Made by a program: the position numbers and the translations under genes. 49,983 nt of DNA from Thermoprotei archaeon (GTDB taxonomy: Archaea; Thermoproteota; Thermoprotei; Thermofilales; B69-G16): the NCBI GenBank assembly GCA_003649235.1, contig QMRG01000002.1:1-49983 (forward strand), written 5' to 3'. Within the stretch, counting starts at the first letter, position 1; every line of letters starts with the position of its first letter. This document shows positions 19,481-27,600 of this stretch, piece after piece. Under the pieces are notes generated by a model, which saw only the letters and a program-made list of their open reading frames with translations, made no database searches and was not told the origin of the DNA.

Positions 19481-20122
19481 TTGTCAAAACTGTCAAAGGT
19501 AGCAAGAGATAAATGGGCCGCAAAGAAGTGGTTCACTGTTTATGCCTCTCAAGCATTCGGCTTTGCAGAATTAGGAGTTATACCAGCTAATTCTGAAAAG
19601 CATTTACTTGGCCGCGTTATGGAAGTCAGTTTTTACGACATAACGAAAGATGTATCGCAGCTACCCATAAAACTCAAGTTTCAAATAGTAAAGGTTGACG
19701 GCGATAAAGCATATACTCAGTTTAAAGGCTTTGAACTTTCTGGCGATTACATTAGAAGTTTAGTGAGGAGAGGTACTACACGAATAGATGCTATTGTTAA
19801 CATAGTTACAAAAGATGGAGTAAAGTTAAGAGTTATGGCCATGACGATAACAATGCATAGAGTGAAAACTTCTCAAGAAAAGGCTATAAGGCGTATCATG
19901 ACCGAGGTACTACTTGAAAAAGCTTCGCAATTAACGTTTGACGAATACGTCCAAGAGAGCGTTCTCGGAATAATAGCTCAAGAAATATTTAATAGAGCAA
20001 AGAAAATATATCCTATTAAAAAGGTAGAAGTTAGAAAAATTAAAGTTCTAACGCCCACATTCCAGATTCCTCTAAAAACTTCCGAAACCTCTCAAGAACA
20101 GTCTAACGTCCATTCCACTTGA
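19481..20122 (+). CDS. rps3ae: 30S ribosomal protein S3Ae
   Basis: VARDKWAAKKWFTVYA... is typical S3Ae. TTG start preceded by GGTGAG at 19472-19477. Confidence 0.93.
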   Translation: MSKLSKVARDKWAAKKWFTVYASQAFGFAELGVIPANSEKHLLGRVMEVSFYDITKDVSQLPIKLKFQIVKVDGDKAYTQFKGFELSGDYIRSLVRRGTTRIDAIVNIVTKDGVKLRVMAMTITMHRVKTSQEKAIRRIMTEVLLEKASQLTFDEYVQESVLGIIAQEIFNRAKKIYPIKKVEVRKIKVLTPTFQIPLKTSETSQEQSNVHST

Positions 20123-20199
20123 TGATTTCTATCTAGCCATATCATGAGAGTTTTAAACCAAGATCCTCTACTTCAAGTTCATCCTATACGATAATTATA

Positions 20200-20487
20200 C
20201 TATAGCTCACTTAATCCAAATTTAGCAAATATTTCTTTTGCTCTTCTTAATCCAGTATTCATGGCTTTTTCAACAATCTTTTCTCTTTCATGCTCGAAAA
20301 AGGGGTTTACGGATACTGAAATGTCAATTTCAAGAATGTAAGGCCAGTCATCCGAGACTCTTACACTAAATTCATATGTTCTTACTTTCCCCGCTTCAAC
20401 TAGATCCTCTAGAAAAGATGAAATGCTATTTGAAATCTCTTCAATTATTCGCTTGCGCTGACTTTTGTCTATTTTCTTAACCTGCAA
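20200..20487 (-). CDS. small conserved protein downstream of prefoldin beta (DUF3194-like, tentative)
   Basis: 95-aa ORF overlapping the pfdB stop by 11 nt. The position matches the small uncharacterised gene that often follows pfdB in archaea. The family assignment is from memory only. Confidence 0.4.
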   Translation of the reverse strand: MQVKKIDKSQRKRIIEEISNSISSFLEDLVEAGKVRTYEFSVRVSDDWPYILEIDISVSVNPFFEHEREKIVEKAMNTGLRRAKEIFAKFGLSEL

Positions 20488-20845
20488 TATTGCTTCCGCC
20501 CAGTCTCGCGCGTAGTTTTTTATCTAAATCTTCCACCTGTTTTCTAAGCATATCTTCCTGCTTCTTTAAAGTCTCTAGTTGACTTTCTATCAATTCCTTT
20601 TTCTCGTTAAGCTCTTTGATTATCGATTCTCTATCTTTGCTAACCATAATAGACCCTACAATTTTATAGACAGGTCTATCTTGAGGAACTTTTTCCAATT
20701 CAGCTAAGGCATTTTCAATCTCGTATAGCTGGGCTTGCCATTGCTGTTTCATCGTGAGAACATATTGCAGTTCCTCTTGTAATCTCTGGAACTTCGCTAT
20801 TTGAGATTTTATACCAGGTGGTATTTCTTGACCCATAGATATCAC
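20477..20845 (-). CDS. pfdB: prefoldin beta subunit
   Basis: 122-aa two-helix coiled coil with a central beta hairpin: IAKFQRLQEELQ...PVYKIVGSIMVSKDRESIIKELNEKKELIE. Confidence 0.88.
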   Translation of the reverse strand: MISMGQEIPPGIKSQIAKFQRLQEELQYVLTMKQQWQAQLYEIENALAELEKVPQDRPVYKIVGSIMVSKDRESIIKELNEKKELIESQLETLKKQEDMLRKQVEDLDKKLRARLGGSNIAG

Positions 20846-20851
20846 CTAATA

Positions 20852-21097
20852 TTAGTCTAATTCGCTTAAAACTCTTATCAATACGCTGATAAGCCTTAAA
20901 TAGCTATTTACAGCTGCTCTAAAGCTTACTAAATCTCTCGCTTCTATGGCTAACACTATTCGTCCAGGAAGTTTTTCTATACTACTCTTTGATCTATAAG
21001 ATGGTTGATCCTGAGTTTCAGGGATAAGTGAGGCATATATGATATCTATCGTTTGTGGATTAGCAATTGTTAAAACTATCCTTCCTCGAACCTTCAT
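20852..21097 (-). CDS. pcc1: KEOPS subunit Pcc1
   Basis: 81 aa with ASLIPET and IVLAIEARDLVSFRAAVNSYLRLISV (the Pcc1/CTAG-type motif). It lies upstream of pfdB, as in the archaeal superoperon. Confidence 0.75.
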   Translation of the reverse strand: MKVRGRIVLTIANPQTIDIIYASLIPETQDQPSYRSKSSIEKLPGRIVLAIEARDLVSFRAAVNSYLRLISVLIRVLSELD

Positions 21098-21196
21098 ACA
21101 TACCCTAGTATAAGTTTACGTCTAGCAGTTATATATGCATGAGCTGGTTTTGCTGGACAGTCATTCCTGCTCAGTAACGATAAGATTTATAAAGAG

Positions 21197-22255
21197 ATGT
21201 TAAATCTAGACTTAGATGTTCGACGTTCCAGTGCCGGACTATGTATGCAGCTATGGTTTCAAGAAGACGATTTGTTGCAAAAACTTGTTCAATGTGATCG
21301 TATGAAAGGGGACAATAGTAATGGTAAAGTAGGAGACGACGTGATAAACTATAGCGAAAAGTTACGAGAATTGAAAAATATTCTAAGAGAAAAAGAAGCC
21401 CTAGCATTGGACTTGCGAGCTAAGCGAGACGAACTTAACAATGAAGTTAAAGTATTATCGCTAAAAATACGGGAAAAAAGGGAAATTCTTTCAGAGTATC
21501 GAACAAAGATATCTGAAATTATAGAAGAGAAAAACAAGTTGATAGAAGAGATTCGTAGATTAAAAGAAGAAAAGATGAAAATAACAGAAAAACTTTCTAA
21601 TCTAAGAGCATTATTTCGGGAAAAACGAGGGAAAATGCGGAACCTCAGAACTTTAATAGGACGGCGCTTACCTTCAGAAGAAATCCTAGCAGAAAAGCTT
21701 GAGAAACTTGAGTGGGAATATCAAACGAAGTCTATGTCGCTTGAAGAAGAGAAGATCTACATAGAGCGCATAGAGAAAATAGGAAAAATGTTAGCAAATC
21801 TCCGTAAATATAATAAGTTTAGAGAAGAAATAGAAAAAATTCGAGAAGAAATTTCATCTTTAACAGCACTCAGAAAAGAGATTATAGAAAAAATGAATGA
21901 GTACTCTAACAAATATCTTTCCTTGAAAGAAGAACTTAAAAAATTGAGAGAGGTACGAGATCAATTGAAAGCTGAGATTGAACAAATGGTAAATCAGCGT
22001 GAAGAAAAGAGAAGCATAGCAAACGAATACCATCAAAAATTCATTGAAACGAGTAACGAAATTAGGCGACTTCAGGATGAAATCGAAAGAATAGCAATAC
22101 TGCTAAAGGCAAGCCAATTATCCAGGATAATAGAAGAAAGGAAGAAGAACTTATATTCTAAGGCTAAAGAGGTTTATGAAAAGTATAAGCGAGGAGAAAA
22201 GCTGACTTTTGAAGAATTTAAACTGCTAATTGAATTTAATATGATAAAACCTTAA
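21197..22255 (+). CDS. archaeal coiled-coil protein (COG1340-like), function unknown
   Basis: About 300 residues of heptad-rich K/E/R/L/I sequence. The first 35 codons look non-coding, so the start is more likely ATG 21302 (MKGDNSNG...). Confidence 0.6.
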   Translation: MLNLDLDVRRSSAGLCMQLWFQEDDLLQKLVQCDRMKGDNSNGKVGDDVINYSEKLRELKNILREKEALALDLRAKRDELNNEVKVLSLKIREKREILSEYRTKISEIIEEKNKLIEEIRRLKEEKMKITEKLSNLRALFREKRGKMRNLRTLIGRRLPSEEILAEKLEKLEWEYQTKSMSLEEEKIYIERIEKIGKMLANLRKYNKFREEIEKIREEISSLTALRKEIIEKMNEYSNKYLSLKEELKKLREVRDQLKAEIEQMVNQREEKRSIANEYHQKFIETSNEIRRLQDEIERIAILLKASQLSRIIEERKKNLYSKAKEVYEKYKRGEKLTFEEFKLLIEFNMIKP

Positions 22256-22320
22256 GTTTTCTAAAAACCTAAATATTAAATATTTGTTTCAGCTTCATTA
22301 TCTCAAGGGTCGGTATATTA

Positions 22321-23448
22321 ATGGAGAAGAAAACAGCGTTTCCAGAGAAACTATTAGTATTATGTGTAGATAGAGATGACGATATCGGTCAGATAACTAA
22401 TTTCAAGACCCCAATCATAGGGAGAAATAATGTCTTGAAAGTTGCCATAGATTTCGCTGTTAAACGTCCTGAAGACTCGGATTCTAATGCACTGTTCGCA
22501 GCTATTCAAATTTATGATAGAATGCGTAAGATTATGAAGAAAGATAATGTGGAAATAGCTGTAGTAGCTGGTACTCCCGAGGAAGGTATAGAAGCAGATA
22601 TGAAAATTTCAATGGAGTTAACTACTGTCCTTTCAAGATTTGATGCAAAAGGAGTTGTTTTAGTATCAGATGGGCCTACAGACGAACAAGTTCTTCCGAT
22701 TATTCAGTCTAAAATTCCGGTGATATCTGTTAAGAGAGTTATTGTCCAACAATCCCGTGGAATAGAGGAATCCTTTGTACTAGTATTAAGATACTTGGAG
22801 AAACTTGTAAGAGAGGAAAAATATAGAAAATACTCTTTGGGTCTTCCTGGCTTATTTATAATTTTAACCACAGTAATGTCTTATACTGTTCCGCAGTATA
22901 TCTGGCCTTTGTTCATGACTGTTCTAGGCGCTATACTAGTTTTGAAGGGATTCTCGCTGGACGAAAAAATAAAACAGGTCTATTTTGAAAGCCCGATAAC
23001 ATTTTTATCATTAATAGCTAGTCTAGCTTTAATTTCAATAACAACAATGCTAGGGGTAAGCGAAGTTATAAGCAGTGGCGTAGAGACATTAACAGAGGCT
23101 TTAGGAAGCTTCTTCTTAGTATTGATAGGAGGACAAGTCTACGTCGCTGATCTAATGATAATCTCCACTTCTCTAGTTGTAGCTGGACATATAGCAGATA
23201 GTTTAATGTCTAATAAGCCAGTACATTGGAGTGAATACATGCTTTTGATCTTCACACTGTTATTTAGACAGGTACTAGTAGAAACTGCTAGGTTACTAAA
23301 AGGAGAAGGAAGTGTGGAAGCTTTGATTTACTGGATTATTTTCTCACTGATGGTAACCGTTTTAGCAGCAAGTTTTCTAGCGACTAGGAGAAAACTTGAA
23401 ACTCCTGCAAAAGAGGAAATTCTAGAGGAAGTTCATGAGGAGATATGA
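22321..23448 (+). CDS. DUF373-family membrane protein
   Basis: The N-terminal soluble domain carries LVLCVDRDDDIG, and the C-terminal half has about 6 hydrophobic helices. Confidence 0.68.
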   Translation: MEKKTAFPEKLLVLCVDRDDDIGQITNFKTPIIGRNNVLKVAIDFAVKRPEDSDSNALFAAIQIYDRMRKIMKKDNVEIAVVAGTPEEGIEADMKISMELTTVLSRFDAKGVVLVSDGPTDEQVLPIIQSKIPVISVKRVIVQQSRGIEESFVLVLRYLEKLVREEKYRKYSLGLPGLFIILTTVMSYTVPQYIWPLFMTVLGAILVLKGFSLDEKIKQVYFESPITFLSLIASLALISITTMLGVSEVISSGVETLTEALGSFFLVLIGGQVYVADLMIISTSLVVAGHIADSLMSNKPVHWSEYMLLIFTLLFRQVLVETARLLKGEGSVEALIYWIIFSLMVTVLAASFLATRRKLETPAKEEILEEVHEEI

Positions 23449-24512
23449 AGAAGAGTAGAGTATTATCATTCTTATTGTCAGAGGAACATGAATCTATCCC
23501 GATTAGCGAAATTCTCTCTATTCTTACAGCTGAGAATATAGAATATAGATTATTGTCAGGCAGTACTCCATTAGTTAGAATCGAAATTATCAGCAATTTG
23601 AATCGAGCTTATGAAGTTATTGCAAAACGGGCATCTATGGTAAAGCTAATAGTTTTCGAGTTAATATTTCTTAGAGAGTTCGATTTTGAAATATTTAAAA
23701 AAATCCTTAAGAGAGTCGATCTGAACTTCTTACAAGGTAAGTTCTTTTATGTCAGAATAGTGAAGAAGGGAAAGAACAGCATTAAACTAAGTTCGACTGC
23801 AATCGAAGCTACAATTGGGGAGCATATATTACGGAGGATAAAAGCGCATGTAAGATTCAAGTCTCCAGATTATGTATTATGCGGCATACTTTGTAATAAT
23901 ATGTTTTCTTTTGGAATCCTGCTTAAAACCATCAAACGTGGTATTTTCTTAAATCGAAGCCCTCGTAAAAGACCATTTTTCATATCTAGCGCGTTAGACG
24001 TATTTACTGCCCGTGTCATGGTTAATCTGGCTGGAACCTCATCTGGATCTGTAATATTAGACCCATTTGCAGGTACTGGTGGAATTTTAATAGAAGCCGG
24101 GCTTACAGATCACGATGTATTGGGGTTTGATGTAAAAAAGCGCGTCTTGAAAGGTTGTCTAAAGAACTTAACTACTTATATAAGAAGTGAAAGAATAATG
24201 GGTATTGTACAAGCTGATTCTCTTAGACTTCCTTTAAGAGATAATTGCGTAGATGCCATAGTAACCGATCCTCCGTATGGACGATCATCCACTACGTTAG
24301 GCAGGTCTCTCCCCAATATATACAATTACTTCCTACCCAAGGCAAGACGAATATTAAAACCTAAAGGGAAACTGGTAATACTCTATCCTCATAAGTTAAG
24401 CAATTATGTGGAAGAAAGAATAAAACAGGAATTTAGAGTTGAAGGAAAACATTTAATTAAAGTTCATAAAAACCTATTAAGAGTTTTAGTAGTAGCTAGT
24501 AAAGAGGTTTGA
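23445..24512 (+). CDS. tRNA (guanine-N2)-methyltransferase, Trm11/Trm-G10 type (THUMP-like N-terminus + class I MTase)
   Basis: SAM motif LDPFAGTGGILIEAG and catalytic VTDPPYGRSS. ATGA overlap with the upstream gene. Confidence 0.8.
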   Translation: MKKSRVLSFLLSEEHESIPISEILSILTAENIEYRLLSGSTPLVRIEIISNLNRAYEVIAKRASMVKLIVFELIFLREFDFEIFKKILKRVDLNFLQGKFFYVRIVKKGKNSIKLSSTAIEATIGEHILRRIKAHVRFKSPDYVLCGILCNNMFSFGILLKTIKRGIFLNRSPRKRPFFISSALDVFTARVMVNLAGTSSGSVILDPFAGTGGILIEAGLTDHDVLGFDVKKRVLKGCLKNLTTYIRSERIMGIVQADSLRLPLRDNCVDAIVTDPPYGRSSTTLGRSLPNIYNYFLPKARRILKPKGKLVILYPHKLSNYVEERIKQEFRVEGKHLIKVHKNLLRVLVVASKEV

Positions 24513-24516
24513 AATA

Positions 24517-25470
24517 ATGGAAATTTTCTTCCTAGGTACGAATGCTAGTACACCTCATAAGTATAGATTTTTACCCAGTATAGTTGTCAGGCGTAAAGGA
24601 AAACTCTTTATGTTCGATTGTGGTGAAGGAACCCAATATAGATTCTTGCGAAGTGGCTTAGGAGTAAATAAGGATATGAAAATATTTATAACCCATATGC
24701 ATGGAGACCACTATTTCGGTCTTCCTGGACTTATCCAAACCTTTGCTTTGCTAGGTAGAACTAAACCTTTGCATATCTTTGGTCCGAGAACTCTCGGTGA
24801 CGTTTTAAAAAATTTCTTAGAAAAAACGGGTGTAAGGATAAGCTATTCATTACATTTTACGCCTGTTGAAGAAGGCGTAATCATAGAGGAGAAAGAGTAT
24901 CGTATAAAAGCGTTTTTAACATCACATACAATCACTAACTTCGCATATATAATAGAGGAAAAGGATAGACCAGGAAGATTCAATAGAAAAAAAGCCGAAA
25001 AACTCGGCATACCTAGGGGACGCCTATGGAAAAAATTGCAACAAGGGTATCCTGTTAAGACACTCTCAGGCCGTATTGTAAGACCTGAGGAAGTTTTGGG
25101 ACCTCCACGCGAAGGTATAAAATTCGTTTATAGCGGAGACACCAGGTACTCGGAAAAATTGATAGAATTTTCTCAAAAAGCAGATATTCTAATCCATGAT
25201 TCAACCTTCGAAAATAAGTTAAGAGATAATGCTATAGATTCCGGCCATTCAACCGCTTCAGAGGCCGCTGAAGTCGCTAGGAAAGCTCGAGTTCGTTTTC
25301 TCTTTCTTTTTCACTATAGCTCACGATATAGCGAGGATTTGATAAATCTACTTCGAGAAGCTAGAGAGATTTTTCATAGAGCTTTTTTGTCTACCGATGG
25401 AATGAATATAGAGATTAAGAAGCCTGATTCAAACAAAGTTATACTACTATTTAGAAAATTAAAGTTTTAA
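24517..25470 (+). CDS. rnz: ribonuclease Z (tRNA 3' endonuclease)
   Basis: Metallo-beta-lactamase motif THMHGDHYFGLPGL, plus GDTRY and the C-terminal HFS-type motif (FHYSSRY). Confidence 0.92.
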   Translation: MEIFFLGTNASTPHKYRFLPSIVVRRKGKLFMFDCGEGTQYRFLRSGLGVNKDMKIFITHMHGDHYFGLPGLIQTFALLGRTKPLHIFGPRTLGDVLKNFLEKTGVRISYSLHFTPVEEGVIIEEKEYRIKAFLTSHTITNFAYIIEEKDRPGRFNRKKAEKLGIPRGRLWKKLQQGYPVKTLSGRIVRPEEVLGPPREGIKFVYSGDTRYSEKLIEFSQKADILIHDSTFENKLRDNAIDSGHSTASEAAEVARKARVRFLFLFHYSSRYSEDLINLLREAREIFHRAFLSTDGMNIEIKKPDSNKVILLFRKLKF

Positions 25471-25907
25471 GGATCTTCGTTAGGAGGTTCTACTTCTCTT
25501 ATAGGTTTGCCGTTTAAAGTCTTAGGGGTTAGCCAATCGATTAACTTTTCAGGATTTTTTATTCTAATATCGAACATTATAGCTCCAAGAGGACTTTCTC
25601 CGTATTCTTGGCTACAAAAAGATACAATGCCTGTATATGCTGCCTGCTTGTTTAAATAAAAAACTATTCCATTGCCATAAATTCCTCGTTTTAAATACTC
25701 TCGTGCAGCGTCAAGAATATACTGTGACCTTATCATATTATAGAGTTTTAGAAGACATTTATATCCGCTACTCTTAGCTATGATCACCCTGTATTCATCT
25801 GCCTTCTTTATTCGAATATCCTCAGCGTCAAAAACGTTTTCTAGAGCCTTCTGAACCTTCTTTAAATCTTCAGTAGGACGAACTTCGACTTTAACTATTA
25901 CCTCCAT
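25467..25907 (-). CDS. UPF0201/DUF54-family protein (predicted RNA-binding, function unknown)
   Basis: N-terminal VKVEVRPTEDLKKVQKALENVF is typical of UPF0201. It is paired with, and overlaps by 17 nt, the UPF0200-like kinase gene. Confidence 0.65.
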   Translation of the reverse strand: MEVIVKVEVRPTEDLKKVQKALENVFDAEDIRIKKADEYRVIIAKSSGYKCLLKLYNMIRSQYILDAAREYLKRGIYGNGIVFYLNKQAAYTGIVSFCSQEYGESPLGAIMFDIRIKNPEKLIDWLTPKTLNGKPIREVEPPNEDP

Positions 25908-26451
25908 TCGTAATTACCCTTTTTAATGCTTCATATGCTTTTTTCAAGATTTCATCTTTATTGATTTCCTCATTGACTAACATTATATCAGCTAATGCGA
26001 TAACATTACCTATTCCAAACTCCAGCTCTCTTCGATCACGCTCGCAAAATTCCTCCCATGTTTTAGGATCATCTTCCCTTCCTCTTTTTAGCAATCGCTT
26101 AAATCTAGTCCTAGGAGAAGCGTGTATAGCCATTATTATCACCTTTTCTGTTTTTCTCTTAAAAAAATCGAGCTCATATAGACTTCTTACGCCATCAATC
26201 ATTATAATTTTAGATTTATGTAAAAACGCTTTCTTCAAGACTTTTTTAGCTATAATATCATCACCATATTTTCTACGTAACAATACTGCTACATGTCCAA
26301 GATTCTCAGGTGTAGGTTTTAAGCCCATTTTTTCTGCCTCTTCTCTAACTACGTCTCCCATAACTAAGACCGGTATGCCAAGCATTTTAGCTGCTCTACT
26401 TATTAGAGACTTACCCGCTCCCGGCATGCCAGCTATTAAAATCAACTTCAC
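25891..26451 (-). CDS. UPF0200-like P-loop nucleotide kinase-fold protein
   Basis: MKLILIAGMPGAGKS Walker A, a size of about 186 aa, and the usual adjacency to a UPF0201 gene. Confidence 0.7.
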   Translation of the reverse strand: MKLILIAGMPGAGKSLISRAAKMLGIPVLVMGDVVREEAEKMGLKPTPENLGHVAVLLRRKYGDDIIAKKVLKKAFLHKSKIIMIDGVRSLYELDFFKRKTEKVIIMAIHASPRTRFKRLLKRGREDDPKTWEEFCERDRRELEFGIGNVIALADIMLVNEEINKDEILKKAYEALKRVITNGGNS

Positions 26452-26523
26452 GTTAACCGCCTTGTCTATATAGACAATAAGTTTTTAATTTAAGATTTCC
26501 TTACCGAATCGGAGAGGGTATCT

Positions 26524-27600
26524 TTGAAGGTAGCTGTAATAGGCGTAGGGCGTTGGGGAAGAAATCACGTAAGAGTATTAAAGAAACTCCTCAATAAGGG
26601 CGAAATCGATGAAATTATACTAGTGGATGCTAACTCAGCAACACTGAAAAAAGTTGCAAAAGAATACATGGTTCAAAAAACCTATAAAGACATTACCGAG
26701 ATGAAAAATAAGGAAAAACCAGATGCTGCTATAATAGCTGTCCCTACTCCGCTACATTACCGAGTCGCAGTCTCTCTTCTAGATTCCATAGACCTCTTAA
26801 TAGAAAAACCAATAGCTGTTAACATAAAAGAAGCATTAGACATTGTCAAATTAGTGGAAAAAGAAGAACGAATCGTAGCAGTAGGACATATAGAACGATT
26901 TAACCCTGTGATTGCTACTCTACAAGAACGATTAAATGAAATAGCTAATCCCAATGAAATTTCCTTTATGAGCGGTGAACGAGTGGGGCCGGGTCCCCCA
27001 TCCTCTAAGTCGGAATCGTATCTCAGCGTGGCTCACGACTTAATGGTGCACGATATAGATATAATAGTTTCACTCCTTCATCGTCTTCCTCGAAGAGTCA
27101 CGGCGACAAGTATAAAAAACTATGGTTATCCTCACGAGATCGAAATGAATTCAATTTTTGAATTTTCAAAAGACCTTCACGTATTTCTAAGAGTTAGTTG
27201 GAGAAGTTCCCCCACATTCAAAAAACGCATTCTATCTATACATACATATGATAAAGCGATCACAATAGACTATATCCTGCAATCTATAGTGATAGAACGA
27301 GGATTAGCAGAGCATCAGGCAGCTCTAGATTATTATGGACTATTGGCAGCTTATAAAAGCAAGAGCAGGCAGGAATACGTAGTCTTAGGAAGCGAGACTA
27401 ATGAACCACTACTATTAGAGGATTTACATTTCATAAAATGTGTCAAAAGGCGCAAGAAACCATTAGTAAGCGCGGTTGAAGGTTACATAGCTCTCAAAAA
27501 CGTACTTATGGCTTTGAAAGCTTCCAGAACACGGAGATGGGTAGAGATAGATTGGAATGAAGATTTTATAGATTATAGTTACGTTTCACAAGATAGATAA
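26524..27600 (+). CDS. Gfo/Idh/MocA-family NAD(P)-dependent oxidoreductase
   Basis: Rossmann N-terminus KVAVIGVGRWGRNH, the LIEKP motif, and GHIERFNP. TTG start. Confidence 0.75.
   Translation: MKVAVIGVGRWGRNHVRVLKKLLNKGEIDEIILVDANSATLKKVAKEYMVQKTYKDITEMKNKEKPDAAIIAVPTPLHYRVAVSLLDSIDLLIEKPIAVNIKEALDIVKLVEKEERIVAVGHIERFNPVIATLQERLNEIANPNEISFMSGERVGPGPPSSKSESYLSVAHDLMVHDIDIIVSLLHRLPRRVTATSIKNYGYPHEIEMNSIFEFSKDLHVFLRVSWRSSPTFKKRILSIHTYDKAITIDYILQSIVIERGLAEHQAALDYYGLLAAYKSKSRQEYVVLGSETNEPLLLEDLHFIKCVKRRKKPLVSAVEGYIALKNVLMALKASRTRRWVEIDWNEDFIDYSYVSQDR

Noticed and set aside
20118-20185. Possible C/D box sRNA at the rps3ae 3' end (TTGATGA ... 12 nt ... CATA ... TCATGAGA ... 12 nt ... GATC)
   Set aside because: The spacing is suggestive, but there is no CUGA D box or D' box on either strand. 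The UGAUGA contains the rps3ae stop codon.
21171-21407. 78-aa minus-strand ORF in the pcc1/coiled-coil divergent region
   Set aside because: It overlaps the coiled-coil gene in antisense, has a hydrophobic L/Y-rich composition, and has no start context.
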